From an uncultured Gammaproteobacteria bacterium (GTDB taxonomy: Bacteria > Patescibacteriota > Microgenomatia > UBA1406): a stretch of 57,368 nucleotides of DNA. Numbering within the stretch: the stretch's first letter is position 1; each line of letters opens with the position of its first letter. The stretch spans positions 1 to 57,368 of the forward strand of contig CAYPVH010000002.1 of the NCBI GenBank assembly GCA_964414145.1, read 5' to 3'. The translations under genes were made by a program, and so were the position numbers. The notes below the pieces were generated by a model, which saw only the letters and a list, made by a program, of their open reading frames with translations, searched no databases and was not told the origin of the DNA. Below are positions 20,016 to 29,447 of the stretch, in pieces.

Positions 20016-21142
20016 AAATAGTATTATTCGGAATTCCCGGCGCCGGAAAGTCTACTCAGGGTAATTTATTGTCTAAGCAATTCCATATTCCGTATTTGTC
20101 AACTGGGCATATTTTTAGAAACATTGCACAGGAAAAAACCAAATGGGCAAGATTTGTTAAAGAAACCATGGCGGCAGGCTTACTAATTCCTGACAAAGAA
20201 ACAATTCAAATTGTTAATGAATACCTGTCTAGAAAAGAGTATCAAAAAGGATATATTTTAGATGGATTTCCCAGGAATATTTACCAGGCAAAAAAATTTA
20301 CAAATAATATTGATAATGTCATTTACCTAAAAGTATCAGATAAAGAATCATTATGGCGGATTTCGGGTAGAGTAGATGAGGGGCGTGCCGACGACACAGT
20401 CCATGCTGTTAAGAAAAGGATCGATATTTTTCATAAACACACCGAACCTGTGTTAGATTATTACCGTAAAAAAGACTTACTTAAAGAAATTGACGGCACC
20501 AAAACAATTAAACAAGTTAACGAACTAATATTAAAATCAATCGGAAAAACGATTGGTAAAAACGGGGTTACTAGCTGGTTTAAGAGAAGAAAAACAATAT
20601 TAGCGATAGTTGGTTTACCGGGTGCTGGTAAAAGTGCTGCTGCCAATTACTTTAAAGCCAAGGGCTTTCCTGTTATTAGATTGGGGCAGATTACCGACGA
20701 CATTATCAAAGAAAAAGGGCTAAAATTCACAGTTGAGAATGAAAAAAAAGTCAGGGAAGGAATTAGGCAAAAGGAAGGAATGGCAGCTTACATGGTGGCG
20801 AATGTACCTAAAATCAAGAAAACACTGGAAAATAATAAAGTAGTCGTGATTGATGGACTGCGATCATATGAGGAATATTTATTTGCCAAAAAATCTTTTA
20901 AAAATGTATTTCTACTTGCAATTGTTGCCGACAAAAAATTAAGACACAAAAGAATTAAATCCAGACAAGTTAGAGCTAATGTAAGAGGAGAAAAGAGAGA
21001 TGTTCAAGAGGTGCTAAATTTAAACATGGGCCCAACGATTGCCCTAGCCGATAAGATTGTAATTAACAACAGTACCATTTTCGAACTTGAAAGCAAACTA
21101 GAAGAGGCATACAGACAAGTTTACTATGGAACTCCTTATTAA
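20012..21142 (+). CDS. adk: Adenylate kinase (short LID) fused to a second P-loop NMP/dephospho-CoA-kinase-like domain
   Basis: Domain 1: GIPGAGKST, STGHIFR, LDGFPR, GRADD. Domain 2: IVGLPGAGKS, VIDGLRS, ADKIVINN. Confidence 0.9.
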   Translation: MKIVLFGIPGAGKSTQGNLLSKQFHIPYLSTGHIFRNIAQEKTKWARFVKETMAAGLLIPDKETIQIVNEYLSRKEYQKGYILDGFPRNIYQAKKFTNNIDNVIYLKVSDKESLWRISGRVDEGRADDTVHAVKKRIDIFHKHTEPVLDYYRKKDLLKEIDGTKTIKQVNELILKSIGKTIGKNGVTSWFKRRKTILAIVGLPGAGKSAAANYFKAKGFPVIRLGQITDDIIKEKGLKFTVENEKKVREGIRQKEGMAAYMVANVPKIKKTLENNKVVVIDGLRSYEEYLFAKKSFKNVFLLAIVADKKLRHKRIKSRQVRANVRGEKRDVQEVLNLNMGPTIALADKIVINNSTIFELESKLEEAYRQVYYGTPY

Positions 21143-21904
21143 ATGATTCATACTCAAAATAATTCTATCTCTCAGAAAACTGCTATGATTCGAGGTGGCA
21201 AAATTATTAAAAGTGTAATGAATCAACTGGAAAAGCAGATTGCTCCCGGCATTACAACTCTAGAGCTAAACAATATTGCTACTAAATTGATTCATAACCA
21301 CGGAACTGATACTAGCTTCGATAAAGTTCCCGGCTATTATTTTGCAACATGCATGTCGGTGAACGAAATTGTAGTTCATGGAGTACCAAATAAAACCAAA
21401 CTAAAGAAAGCGGACGTGCTTAAAATAGATATCGGTGTTTATGAGGGTGGTTATCATGTTGATTACGGAAACACTTTTTTAGTCGGTATGGAGGAAAAGG
21501 GAAGTATAAAAGCATTTCTTGATAAAGGCAGACGAACACTTTTAAAAGCTATTCAAAAAACAGCTGCTGGCGTTCATATTGGAGTCATAAGTAAAATAAT
21601 TCAAAACGAAATAGAGGGAAGCGGCTATAAAGTAATTTGGGATTTAACCGGTCATGGAGTTGGTAAAGAGCTTCATGAAGATCCCCTTATTCCCGGGTTC
21701 TTGAGTGGTAAAATAGAAAATACTCCAAAATTTAAGTCTGGCAGAGCTTATGCTATTGAAATTATCTATTCAATGGCAGACAATCAGGTTATTCTTGATT
21801 CATCAGATGGTTGGAGCTTAAGAACAGTAAAACGTAGTCAAAGCGCTTGTTTTGAGCATTCCGTGTTTGTAGACAATAACGAAGTTACGGTTCTTGTTAA
21901 TTAG
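21143..21904 (+). CDS. map: Methionine aminopeptidase type I
   Basis: [33 protein letters not shown] metal ligands. Confidence 0.96.
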   Translation: MIHTQNNSISQKTAMIRGGKIIKSVMNQLEKQIAPGITTLELNNIATKLIHNHGTDTSFDKVPGYYFATCMSVNEIVVHGVPNKTKLKKADVLKIDIGVYEGGYHVDYGNTFLVGMEEKGSIKAFLDKGRRTLLKAIQKTAAGVHIGVISKIIQNEIEGSGYKVIWDLTGHGVGKELHEDPLIPGFLSGKIENTPKFKSGRAYAIEIIYSMADNQVILDSSDGWSLRTVKRSQSACFEHSVFVDNNEVTVLVN

Positions 21905-21947
21905 TCTTTTAATTTATAAGTTAAAGTGTTATAATAAATATTTTCGT

Positions 21948-22169
21948 ATGCAAAGCAAAGAAGGAAACATTATAGTTGTTGGTGAGGTTTTGGAAAACTT
22001 GCCCAACACCATGTTCAAAGTTAAAATAGACGGGACCGACAGAGAGGTTTTATGTTATTTAAGCGGTAAGATGCGGAAGCACTATATTAAAATACTTCCC
22101 GGAGATAAAGTAAGAGTGGAAATTACGCCTTACGACAAAAATAGAGGTAGAATAGTTTATAGAATGTAA
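21948..22169 (+). CDS. infA: Translation initiation factor IF-1
   Basis: [25 protein letters not shown]; ATG 21948 after extended -10 TGTTATAAT (21927-21935). Confidence 0.98.
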   Translation: MQSKEGNIIVVGEVLENLPNTMFKVKIDGTDREVLCYLSGKMRKHYIKILPGDKVRVEITPYDKNRGRIVYRM

Positions 22170-22172
22170 AAT

Positions 22173-22286
22173 ATGAAAGTACAAGCATCGGTAAAAAAAA
22201 TATGTCCAAAATGCAAAATAGTAAAAAGACGTGGGAGGGTACAAGTTATATGCCAAAATCCTAAGCATAAACAAAGGCAAGGCTAA
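22173..22286 (+). CDS. rpmJ: 50S ribosomal protein L36 (not in ORF track)
   Basis: Manual translation [37 protein letters not shown]. Confidence 0.99.
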   Translation: MKVQASVKKICPKCKIVKRRGRVQVICQNPKHKQRQG

Positions 22287-22291
22287 ATATT

Positions 22292-22711
22292 ATGGTTAGA
22301 ATTGTAGGTACAAATTTACCAGACAACAAAAGGTTAGAGTATGCTCTAACATTAATATTTGGAATTGGGTTTACTCGATCAAGAACAATTCTTACCCAGG
22401 TTGGGATCGATGTGAATAAAAAAGTAAAAGACCTGGTAGACACTGATATTAAGAAAATTCAAGAATATATTGAAAAAAACTATCGGGTTGAAGGTGACTT
22501 AAGGTCGCAAATAAATGACAATATAAAAAGACTTAAAGAAATCAGTAGTTACAGAGGTTACAGGCATATAGTAGGGCTTCCGGTTCGTGGCCAAAGAACT
22601 CGTTCAAATGCCAGAACCAGAAAAGGAAAAAAGAGAACGGTAGGTTCGCTAACTAAAGAAGCCTGGGCGAAAATTGACCAATCTTCACAACAAAGAAAAG
22701 TTAAAAAATAA
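22292..22711 (+). CDS. rpsM: 30S ribosomal protein S13
   Basis: ALTLIFGIG, YRGYRH..GLPVRGQRTRSNART. Confidence 0.99.
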   Translation: MVRIVGTNLPDNKRLEYALTLIFGIGFTRSRTILTQVGIDVNKKVKDLVDTDIKKIQEYIEKNYRVEGDLRSQINDNIKRLKEISSYRGYRHIVGLPVRGQRTRSNARTRKGKKRTVGSLTKEAWAKIDQSSQQRKVKK

Positions 22712-22713
22712 AA

Positions 22714-23133
22714 ATGGCAAAGGCTAATAATCAAAAAAAGCAAACAAAAAAAAACCAAAAAACAGTAAAAAAAGAAGCTAGATACACTCCTAAAGGTAGA
22801 ATTTACCTAACGGCTACTTTTAACAATACAATTATTACTATAACAGATGAAAAAGGAAATACGATATGCTGGAATAGTTCAGGAAAAACCGGATTTTCAG
22901 GAACCCGTAAATCAACACCATACGCAGCAACTCAAACCATTGAAAACGCAATAGGTGAAGCTAGAGAGCAACACGGATTAACCGAAGCTGCAGTCTATAT
23001 AAAAGGCGCTGGTCCTGGTAGAGATTCACTAATCAGGGTTTTAAGAACCAACGAATTGGGTATTAGTAAATTAGTTGACTTAACTCCTATTCCGCACGAC
23101 GGAATTAGGCCCAAAAAAAGACGGAGAGTATAA
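22714..23133 (+). CDS. rpsK: 30S ribosomal protein S11
   Basis: ATFNNTIITIT, RKSTPYAA, GAGPGR, DLTPIPH. Confidence 0.99.
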   Translation: MAKANNQKKQTKKNQKTVKKEARYTPKGRIYLTATFNNTIITITDEKGNTICWNSSGKTGFSGTRKSTPYAATQTIENAIGEAREQHGLTEAAVYIKGAGPGRDSLIRVLRTNELGISKLVDLTPIPHDGIRPKKRRRV

Positions 23134-23137
23134 AAAT

Positions 23138-23767
23138 ATGGCAAAAACTAGAATTGCAAAAAACAAATTAGCTAGGAGAGAAGCGGTAGATTTATCGCTA
23201 AAAACCTTTGGTACAAAGGCACATGCTAGTTTATTGAGAAGAATAAACGTTGAACCGGGTGCTAAATCTACTCGCGGCAGACGAAGAAAGATATCGGATT
23301 TTGGTAGGCAGCTTCGGGAAAAACAGAAACTAAAAAGAATATATGGAGTTTCAGAAAGCGCAATGAAACGTTATTTTGAAAAAGCAATAAAAACAAAAGG
23401 CAATACGGCCGACGCACTGGTTAAATTATTGGAAAATAGATTAGACAACGTAGTGTATCGACTAAATTTTGCACCAACTCGCGCTTCAGCCAGACAGTTA
23501 GTAGCGCATGGGCACATTGCTGTTAACGGCAAAAAAGTAGACATTCCTTCTTATCAAGTTGAAAAAGCCGAAAAAATTTCTTTTCATAAAAAAGCTACTC
23601 CAGAAATCTCTTATATTAAAGCTGTTATTGAAGACAAGAATTATGAGCCACCAGCATGGTTAAAAAGAAAAGGTTTGCAAGCAGAAATTACCGGAGCCGT
23701 AGACTTTGAAAATTACCAAGAACCGGTAAGTTTACCATTAGTAATTGAATTTTATTCAAAATTATAA
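23138..23767 (+). CDS. rpsD: 30S ribosomal protein S4
   Basis: QLREKQK, LENRLDNVVYR, ARQLVAHGH, IEFYS. Confidence 0.99.
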   Translation: MAKTRIAKNKLARREAVDLSLKTFGTKAHASLLRRINVEPGAKSTRGRRRKISDFGRQLREKQKLKRIYGVSESAMKRYFEKAIKTKGNTADALVKLLENRLDNVVYRLNFAPTRASARQLVAHGHIAVNGKKVDIPSYQVEKAEKISFHKKATPEISYIKAVIEDKNYEPPAWLKRKGLQAEITGAVDFENYQEPVSLPLVIEFYSKL

Positions 23768-23785
23768 ATTTCATTTTATTTTTCA

Positions 23786-24700
23786 ATGCAAAAACCAAAA
23801 TTTTATCTGGAAACTATTAAAGAAAACAGCTCTGAAGGTAATTTTGTTATTTCCCCGCTTAACCGGGGTTTTGGCAATACAATCGGCAATGTCTTAAGAA
23901 GAACTTTGCTTTCCTCACTTGATGGCGCGGCAGTAACATATGTTCGAATTAAAGGAATAAGCCATTCATTCGATACTATCAAAGGTTTGAAAGAAGATGT
24001 TTTAAGCCTAATTCTTAATCTTAAGTTATTACGTTTTAATTTTAGTGCTACAGACGAGCAAAAACTAATCTTAAAGAAAAAAGGTCCGGCTAAGGTTACA
24101 GCGGCTGATATACAAGACAGTCCTTTGTGTAAGGTTGTTAATAAAGACCTTTATATTGGAGAATTAGCACAAGGGGGCAGTTTAGAAATAGAAATATATG
24201 TAGATAAGGGTACAGGTTATATTTCATCTGAAGAAAAGGATCAACGTGATTTTGGTATTATGCCTGTTGATTCAACTTTTACTCCAGTTAACAATGTAAT
24301 TGTGAATGTTACCAGTGCTCGTGTTGGTGAAAGAACTGATTTTGATAAGTTAACCCTAACTGTATTTACAGATGGAAGCGTAAAGCCATCCGAGGCATTA
24401 AATAAAGCTGTTAATGTAGTCATTGAACACTTTAGTTTGCTTTCCAAAGGTGGTGCTACAAAAGAAATAAAGCCCGAAAAAACAGCTTTGGAACTTGAAG
24501 AATCTACAGAAAGAGCTACAAGGGAAGATATGATGGTAGATGAACTTGATCTTCCAACAAGAGTTATTAACGCTCTTATAAAACACGGAATTGAAACGGT
24601 AGGTCAACTTAAAAATATGACCGATGATGAGCTGGCCGAAGTTAGGGGCCTTGGAAAAAAATCTGTTAAAGAATTAAATGACAAGCTCCTGGAAATATAA
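23786..24700 (+). CDS. rpoA: RNA polymerase alpha subunit
   Basis: PLNRGFGNTIGN.LRR.LLS, PVDSTFTPV, CTD LDLPTRVINAL...GLGKKS. Confidence 0.98.
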   Translation: MQKPKFYLETIKENSSEGNFVISPLNRGFGNTIGNVLRRTLLSSLDGAAVTYVRIKGISHSFDTIKGLKEDVLSLILNLKLLRFNFSATDEQKLILKKKGPAKVTAADIQDSPLCKVVNKDLYIGELAQGGSLEIEIYVDKGTGYISSEEKDQRDFGIMPVDSTFTPVNNVIVNVTSARVGERTDFDKLTLTVFTDGSVKPSEALNKAVNVVIEHFSLLSKGGATKEIKPEKTALELEESTERATREDMMVDELDLPTRVINALIKHGIETVGQLKNMTDDELAEVRGLGKKSVKELNDKLLEI

Positions 24701-24705
24701 AAGAG

Positions 24706-25182
24706 ATGAGAAAAAGAATTAATAAACCAGTTTTGGGCAAAGGAACAAAAGAAAAAAGTGATTTAATCAACCAGATTAAAACTATTTTTAGCTATGGAAA
24801 ACTGGAAACATCACTTACCAATGCAAAGAAATTGGTAAGAATGGTAGATATGCTTTTGTCTCAGACTAAAAAAGGAGAACCGCTTCAGGTACAGAGACAG
24901 CTTGAAAGAAAAGTTGGTAACTTTAAGGTAGCGAAACAGATTTATCTGTATGGCACAAAAGAAACAACTAAAAAAAGCGGCTATACTCGAATTTCGAAAT
25001 TGGGATTCAGAAGAGGTGACGGAACAGCGGTTGCCAAAGTTGAATTGATTGATTACAAAGAAAAAGTTAAAACAAAAAAAGTAAAAAAGACAACTAAAGC
25101 AACAGACAAAACGGTGAAGAAAGACGATACTAAAAAAAAGACAGCAGTTAAAGAAATGGTTAAAAAGAAAAATAAAAAATGA
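24706..25182 (+). CDS. rplQ: 50S ribosomal protein L17 (divergent N-terminus, Lys-rich tail)
   Basis: Position after rpoA; SGYTRISKLGFRRGDG.AVAKVELI. Confidence 0.92.
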   Translation: MRKRINKPVLGKGTKEKSDLINQIKTIFSYGKLETSLTNAKKLVRMVDMLLSQTKKGEPLQVQRQLERKVGNFKVAKQIYLYGTKETTKKSGYTRISKLGFRRGDGTAVAKVELIDYKEKVKTKKVKKTTKATDKTVKKDDTKKKTAVKEMVKKKNKK

Positions 25183-25628
25183 TAAAACCAACAGTTTATA
25201 CAAAAACCCCAAGCCAAGCCAGTGTTGAAAGAGGGGTTCATGTGATTGATGCTAAAGGTAAAATCTTGGGTCGGTTAGCATCCGAAATTGCTTTGCTTTT
25301 GCAAGGAAAGAACAAAAGGAATTTTACTTATAATATTGATACCGGCGACTATGTGGTTGTTATAAATGCTAAGCAAATGAAAGTTACCGGAAACAAATGG
25401 GAAGACAAAGAGTACAGTAGATATTCCGGTTATCAAGGAGGCTTAAAAAAGGAAAACCTGAATTCACTTTTCCAAAGAAGACCAACAGCGCCTTTGTTTA
25501 ATGCTATTAAAGGCATGTTACCAGATAATAAACTTAAAAAAGAACGTCTGGGAAGGCTATATATATTTGCTGAATTAGATTACAATTTACCGAAAGAAAT
25601 ATTAAAAATTATGAATAAAGATAAATAA
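25179..25628 (+). CDS. rplM: 50S ribosomal protein L13
   Basis: IDAKGKILGRLAS, DTGDYVVVINA, GMLP. Confidence 0.99.
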   Translation: MIKPTVYTKTPSQASVERGVHVIDAKGKILGRLASEIALLLQGKNKRNFTYNIDTGDYVVVINAKQMKVTGNKWEDKEYSRYSGYQGGLKKENLNSLFQRRPTAPLFNAIKGMLPDNKLKKERLGRLYIFAELDYNLPKEILKIMNKDK

Positions 25629-26095
25629 TGGCTGCTACAGTTAAAAAACAGCGGAAAAAGAAAAGTTCAGACATCTATTATGGTGCGGTAGGTAGGCGTA
25701 AAGAATCAACTTGTAGAGTTAGGTTGTACTTAACACCAAAAGGTGAAGTAAAATTAGGTACGGTTGTAATTAAAAAAGGTGAAATTGTGGTTAACAAACT
25801 TCCAATTGAAAAGTATTTTATGTCTGAAATCTTCAAAGTAACTTACATGGAACCTTTAATTTTAACAGGTTCAGAAAACAGGTTTGCAATTGTTGCAAGG
25901 GCCGTTGGCGGTGGTAAAAAAGGGCAGCTTATTGCTTTTCGACTTGCTGTTTCCCGGGCTCTTGAGAAAGTAGACAAAGATTATAGAAGTATTCTAAAGC
26001 CAAAGGGCTTTTTAACCGTTGACGCACGGGTAAAAGAACGAAAGAAAGCCGGTTTGGTAAAGGCAAGAAAACAAAGACAATCACCCAAGCGTTAA
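25628..26095 (+). CDS. rpsI: 30S ribosomal protein S9
   Basis: VGRRKES, GGGKKGQ, DARVKERKKAG, QSPKR. Confidence 0.98.
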   Translation: MAATVKKQRKKKSSDIYYGAVGRRKESTCRVRLYLTPKGEVKLGTVVIKKGEIVVNKLPIEKYFMSEIFKVTYMEPLILTGSENRFAIVARAVGGGKKGQLIAFRLAVSRALEKVDKDYRSILKPKGFLTVDARVKERKKAGLVKARKQRQSPKR

Positions 26096-26149
26096 ATACT
26101 CGAAAGTTGTGAATTGATAATTTTCAATTATCTGCTACAATAGTGAAAA

Positions 26150-26533
26150 ATGGCAGCTAAGAAGAAAAAACAAACAAGTCTAGATAAGGCAAAAAAAATA
26201 ATCAATCAAAAACCTGCAGAATTTATACTAGGTGTTATTGTTTTAAGTACTGTATTTTTATCTGGCTCGTTTTTATCATTCAAAATAATCAACAGTAACA
26301 AAAGAATAATTACTAACACCAAAAATAAAGTAAAACAAAATATTAAAGGCGCAATAGATAACAAGAACAGTGAAGCAGGAATTAAGTATCGAGTACTTGA
26401 AGAGGGTGAAAGTATTTGGGATTTGGCAGAAGCTGAATATGGTAGCGGCTATTTTTTTCCTACAATTTTACACTTGAATAATTTTGAAAACCCAGACTTA
26501 TTAGATTCGGGTACAAAAGTTAGAGTTAGGTAA
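26150..26533 (+). CDS. Membrane-anchored LysM-domain protein
   Basis: TM then GESIWDLAEAEYGSG...LNNFENPDLLDSGTKV; extended -10 TGCTACAAT upstream. Confidence 0.85.
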   Translation: MAAKKKKQTSLDKAKKIINQKPAEFILGVIVLSTVFLSGSFLSFKIINSNKRIITNTKNKVKQNIKGAIDNKNSEAGIKYRVLEEGESIWDLAEAEYGSGYFFPTILHLNNFENPDLLDSGTKVRVR

Positions 26534-26534
26534 T

Positions 26535-27929
26535 CTAATCCTTTTTTTTCCCTACTAAATAAATCGCTTTCCAGGGTCTGAAATTTGAAATAAATTCTTT
26601 TTCTTGGAGTATTTGTTCATTTTTACTTACCTTATAAGAAAATTTGCTTGAAGCACCCCAATTGGCAAAATCTACTTGTTTAACCACACCATCGGGCAAA
26701 CTAAAATCATCGATGTACTCGTCAGGGGGTGGCGGTGACACATTCCACACTGTTACCGGTGACAATTCAACAACTCTCTGGTCTTTTGTACCATATATAG
26801 AAAAAGTAAGTCTAGAGTTGGTTACGTCAACAATTGATTGAATTAATATTGAATTTTCATAATTATTTTTAAATTTAAGGTCTACAGAGGGCGAGTAAAT
26901 AGTTGCGTCTAATCCTGGGTCTGAATCTTGTTCATAATAACCAACTCTATAGGCATGGGCGTGTCTCTCAATAATTTCTAGCCCAGAATTTAATGCTGCT
27001 CGAAAAAGTGTGGTTGACACTTGGCAAATTCCCCCACCATCACCCAGTACCGTTCTACCGTTTGTAATAACATAGGCCTGCATAAAACCACTTGAACGAG
27101 ATATATCGCCAATTTTTTCAACAAAAGAAAAGGTTTCGCCTGGTTTTACAATTATACCGTTAAGTTTACTGGCTCCGGTAACAATGTTGTGTACCCTTTC
27201 TGCGGCGGAACCTGCAAAAAGAGAATTACCTTCGGCTATCTGTTCATTGATTCCCATATTATTAATCTCATTTAGTTTTAGCTCTGGGCGAGTAATTTTC
27301 TTTTCAAGACGCACATGAATGGTTTTTTTAAAGCTTTTTTTTATTTCGGTAATTTCTTTTTCAATCTGTAATAAAGCTTTACCGATATTTAATTCATATC
27401 CATTTTTATTTAGCTGAAATGCTTCAACTTTATTATTGGCTTCATTAAATTCAAAGCGAGCTTCTTGGGGTAATACCTTATATGAATCGTTTAAATTGGT
27501 AATATAGGTACTGATAAACCCTTGGTCGTATTCGGGTGAAAGTTCAAAATTATATCTTTCCCAACCAAAGTTTAAAGCTAAATTTTGGTAAAGCCGAGAA
27601 ATAAAATTACTTCCTCTGCCAACCAAAAAGGCCTGATCAACAACATTTTCTATTGGTAACTTAAAACTAATATCACTGGCTGAAATAGTAGCCACTTGAT
27701 TCTGTTCTAAAGTAAACAAAATATTGAAGTTTGTTTTTTTTTGATAAATTTTGTTTAGGAGTGAGTTTGCTGCCTTTGTGTTCATATTCCCAACATCTAT
27801 ATTGTCAATATAAATGTTTGGCAAAATTAGGGTGCTTTGGCTTGATCTATTAGAATAGTTTATTGCCCAAACCAAACAAATACCAATTAGTATGAATGGT
27901 AGTAAAAACATTAATATAATCTTTCTCAC
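26535..27929 (-). CDS. VanW-family protein with N-terminal TM and putative PG-binding repeats
   Basis: GGGICQVSTTLFRAALNSGL, ERHAHAY, GLDATI, DLKFKN; start reassigned to GTG 27929. Confidence 0.92.
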   Translation of the reverse strand: MRKIILMFLLPFILIGICLVWAINYSNRSSQSTLILPNIYIDNIDVGNMNTKAANSLLNKIYQKKTNFNILFTLEQNQVATISASDISFKLPIENVVDQAFLVGRGSNFISRLYQNLALNFGWERYNFELSPEYDQGFISTYITNLNDSYKVLPQEARFEFNEANNKVEAFQLNKNGYELNIGKALLQIEKEITEIKKSFKKTIHVRLEKKITRPELKLNEINNMGINEQIAEGNSLFAGSAAERVHNIVTGASKLNGIIVKPGETFSFVEKIGDISRSSGFMQAYVITNGRTVLGDGGGICQVSTTLFRAALNSGLEIIERHAHAYRVGYYEQDSDPGLDATIYSPSVDLKFKNNYENSILIQSIVDVTNSRLTFSIYGTKDQRVVELSPVTVWNVSPPPPDEYIDDFSLPDGVVKQVDFANWGASSKFSYKVSKNEQILQEKEFISNFRPWKAIYLVGKKKD

Positions 27930-27950
27930 GGTTTTATTATAATAAAAAGT

Positions 27951-29447
27951 ATGGATAACAGTAAAACAGATTCGGACTCTAAAAACAAAACAATATATGA
28001 GGAAAAAACAGAGCCGGTAAAAGGTACTGTTGAAGCTACAGAGCAAAATAAAACACCTTCTGTAGGAGCTATACCTGAGGAATATTTAACAGATGAAGAC
28101 TTATATCCTTCGCAAGAAGATGCTTCCAATAGTTCGGTTTTTACAAATAAGAAAAAGCCGTTAATATTCCTGGTTGTTGGTGGTGGGGTACTAATTTTGT
28201 TTTTAGTGATCTTATTAATAAGGTTATTGGGAGCAGGTTCGGGCAAGTCAGCAGAAAGTGTAAAACTTCTATTTTGGGGTTTGTGGCAAGACGAGGTAGT
28301 TATGAACGAAATGATAAAAGAGTATCAAGCATTAAACCCAAACGTTGAAATAAAGTATGAACTAATGGATGCAAAAGATAATTATAAAGATAGGGTAGTT
28401 GAAAGAATCAGAAATGGAACCGGACCAGATATTTTTAGATTTCATAATACCTGGATACCAATGATAAAAGAAACGCTTTCAGTTGCACCCAATACTGTCT
28501 ATACGGCTGACGACTTTAAGAATACCTTTTATCCTGTTGCCGAAAAAAACCTAATCATTAATGATCAAGTTGTGGGAATACCCCATTATATTGATGGATT
28601 AGTGATGCTCTACAATAAAGATATTATTAAAGCTGTTGGAGTAGAAGAACCGCCAACTACTTGGGAAGAGCTAATTGAAGTTGCCGAAAAAGCAACTGTT
28701 TACGACGAAAACAAAAATATTATTACTGCCGGCGTTGCATTGGGTACTGCCGAAAATATTAGTCATTTTTCAGATATTTTAGCGTTAATGTTTTTACAAA
28801 ACGACGTAGATATTCATAACTTTGAAGATGATCCAAATGCAAAAGCTGTTTTTGATACCTATACTAATTTTGCTATTTCTGCTAATCCGGTATGGAGCGC
28901 TGCAATGGATAATTCAGTTGAAGCCTTTGCTAGTGAAAGACTAGCTATGGTTTTTGTTCCCATATATGAAATCAATGTTATTAGGCACATGAATCCCGAC
29001 TTACAATTTGGTGTATCACAGGTGCCACAAATTCAGGGTGGTGAAAGTAAGAATATTGCCAATTATTGGGCAGACGGGGTGTCTAGAGGTAGTGAAAATC
29101 AGCAAGTAGCCTGGGATTTTTTAAAGTTCTTAAGCAGTAAGGAAAGTTTGGAAAAAATGTTTGAACTCGAAGTAAAGAATGGGCGTTCTTACGGCAACCC
29201 TTATTCCAGAAAAGATATGGCTCAACTCTTGAATCAACATGAATATTTAGGGGCAATTATTAGAGATGCGAGTAGCCTAGATTCACTGCCCTTAATTTCC
29301 AGAACCTACGATAATGGGTTAAACGATAAATTAATCAACTACATGAAAGATGCTATAAACAGTATTTTTCTTAGTACCGGTACAGACGAAGCGCTTCGTA
29401 ACATGAGTCAAGGATTTGCTCAAGTATTTACTCAATACCCGGATTAA
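27951..29447 (+). CDS. Membrane-anchored extracellular sugar-binding protein (SBP family 1)
   Basis: Acidic N-tail, TM, GPDIFRFHNTW, MLYNKD, PTTWEEL, AWDFLKFL; no ABC permease or ATPase adjacent. Confidence 0.9.
   Translation: MDNSKTDSDSKNKTIYEEKTEPVKGTVEATEQNKTPSVGAIPEEYLTDEDLYPSQEDASNSSVFTNKKKPLIFLVVGGGVLILFLVILLIRLLGAGSGKSAESVKLLFWGLWQDEVVMNEMIKEYQALNPNVEIKYELMDAKDNYKDRVVERIRNGTGPDIFRFHNTWIPMIKETLSVAPNTVYTADDFKNTFYPVAEKNLIINDQVVGIPHYIDGLVMLYNKDIIKAVGVEEPPTTWEELIEVAEKATVYDENKNIITAGVALGTAENISHFSDILALMFLQNDVDIHNFEDDPNAKAVFDTYTNFAISANPVWSAAMDNSVEAFASERLAMVFVPIYEINVIRHMNPDLQFGVSQVPQIQGGESKNIANYWADGVSRGSENQQVAWDFLKFLSSKESLEKMFELEVKNGRSYGNPYSRKDMAQLLNQHEYLGAIIRDASSLDSLPLISRTYDNGLNDKLINYMKDAINSIFLSTGTDEALRNMSQGFAQVFTQYPD

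Noticed and set aside
9306-25241. Many minus-strand ORFs across tuf and the r-protein cluster
   Set aside because: Antisense shadows of unambiguous conserved genes; F/L/I-rich sequence is expected from reversed A-rich codons.
27930-28046. 39-aa N-terminal extension of VanW
   Set aside because: Overlaps the SBP gene head-to-head; a -10 box sits 6 nt above GTG 27929.
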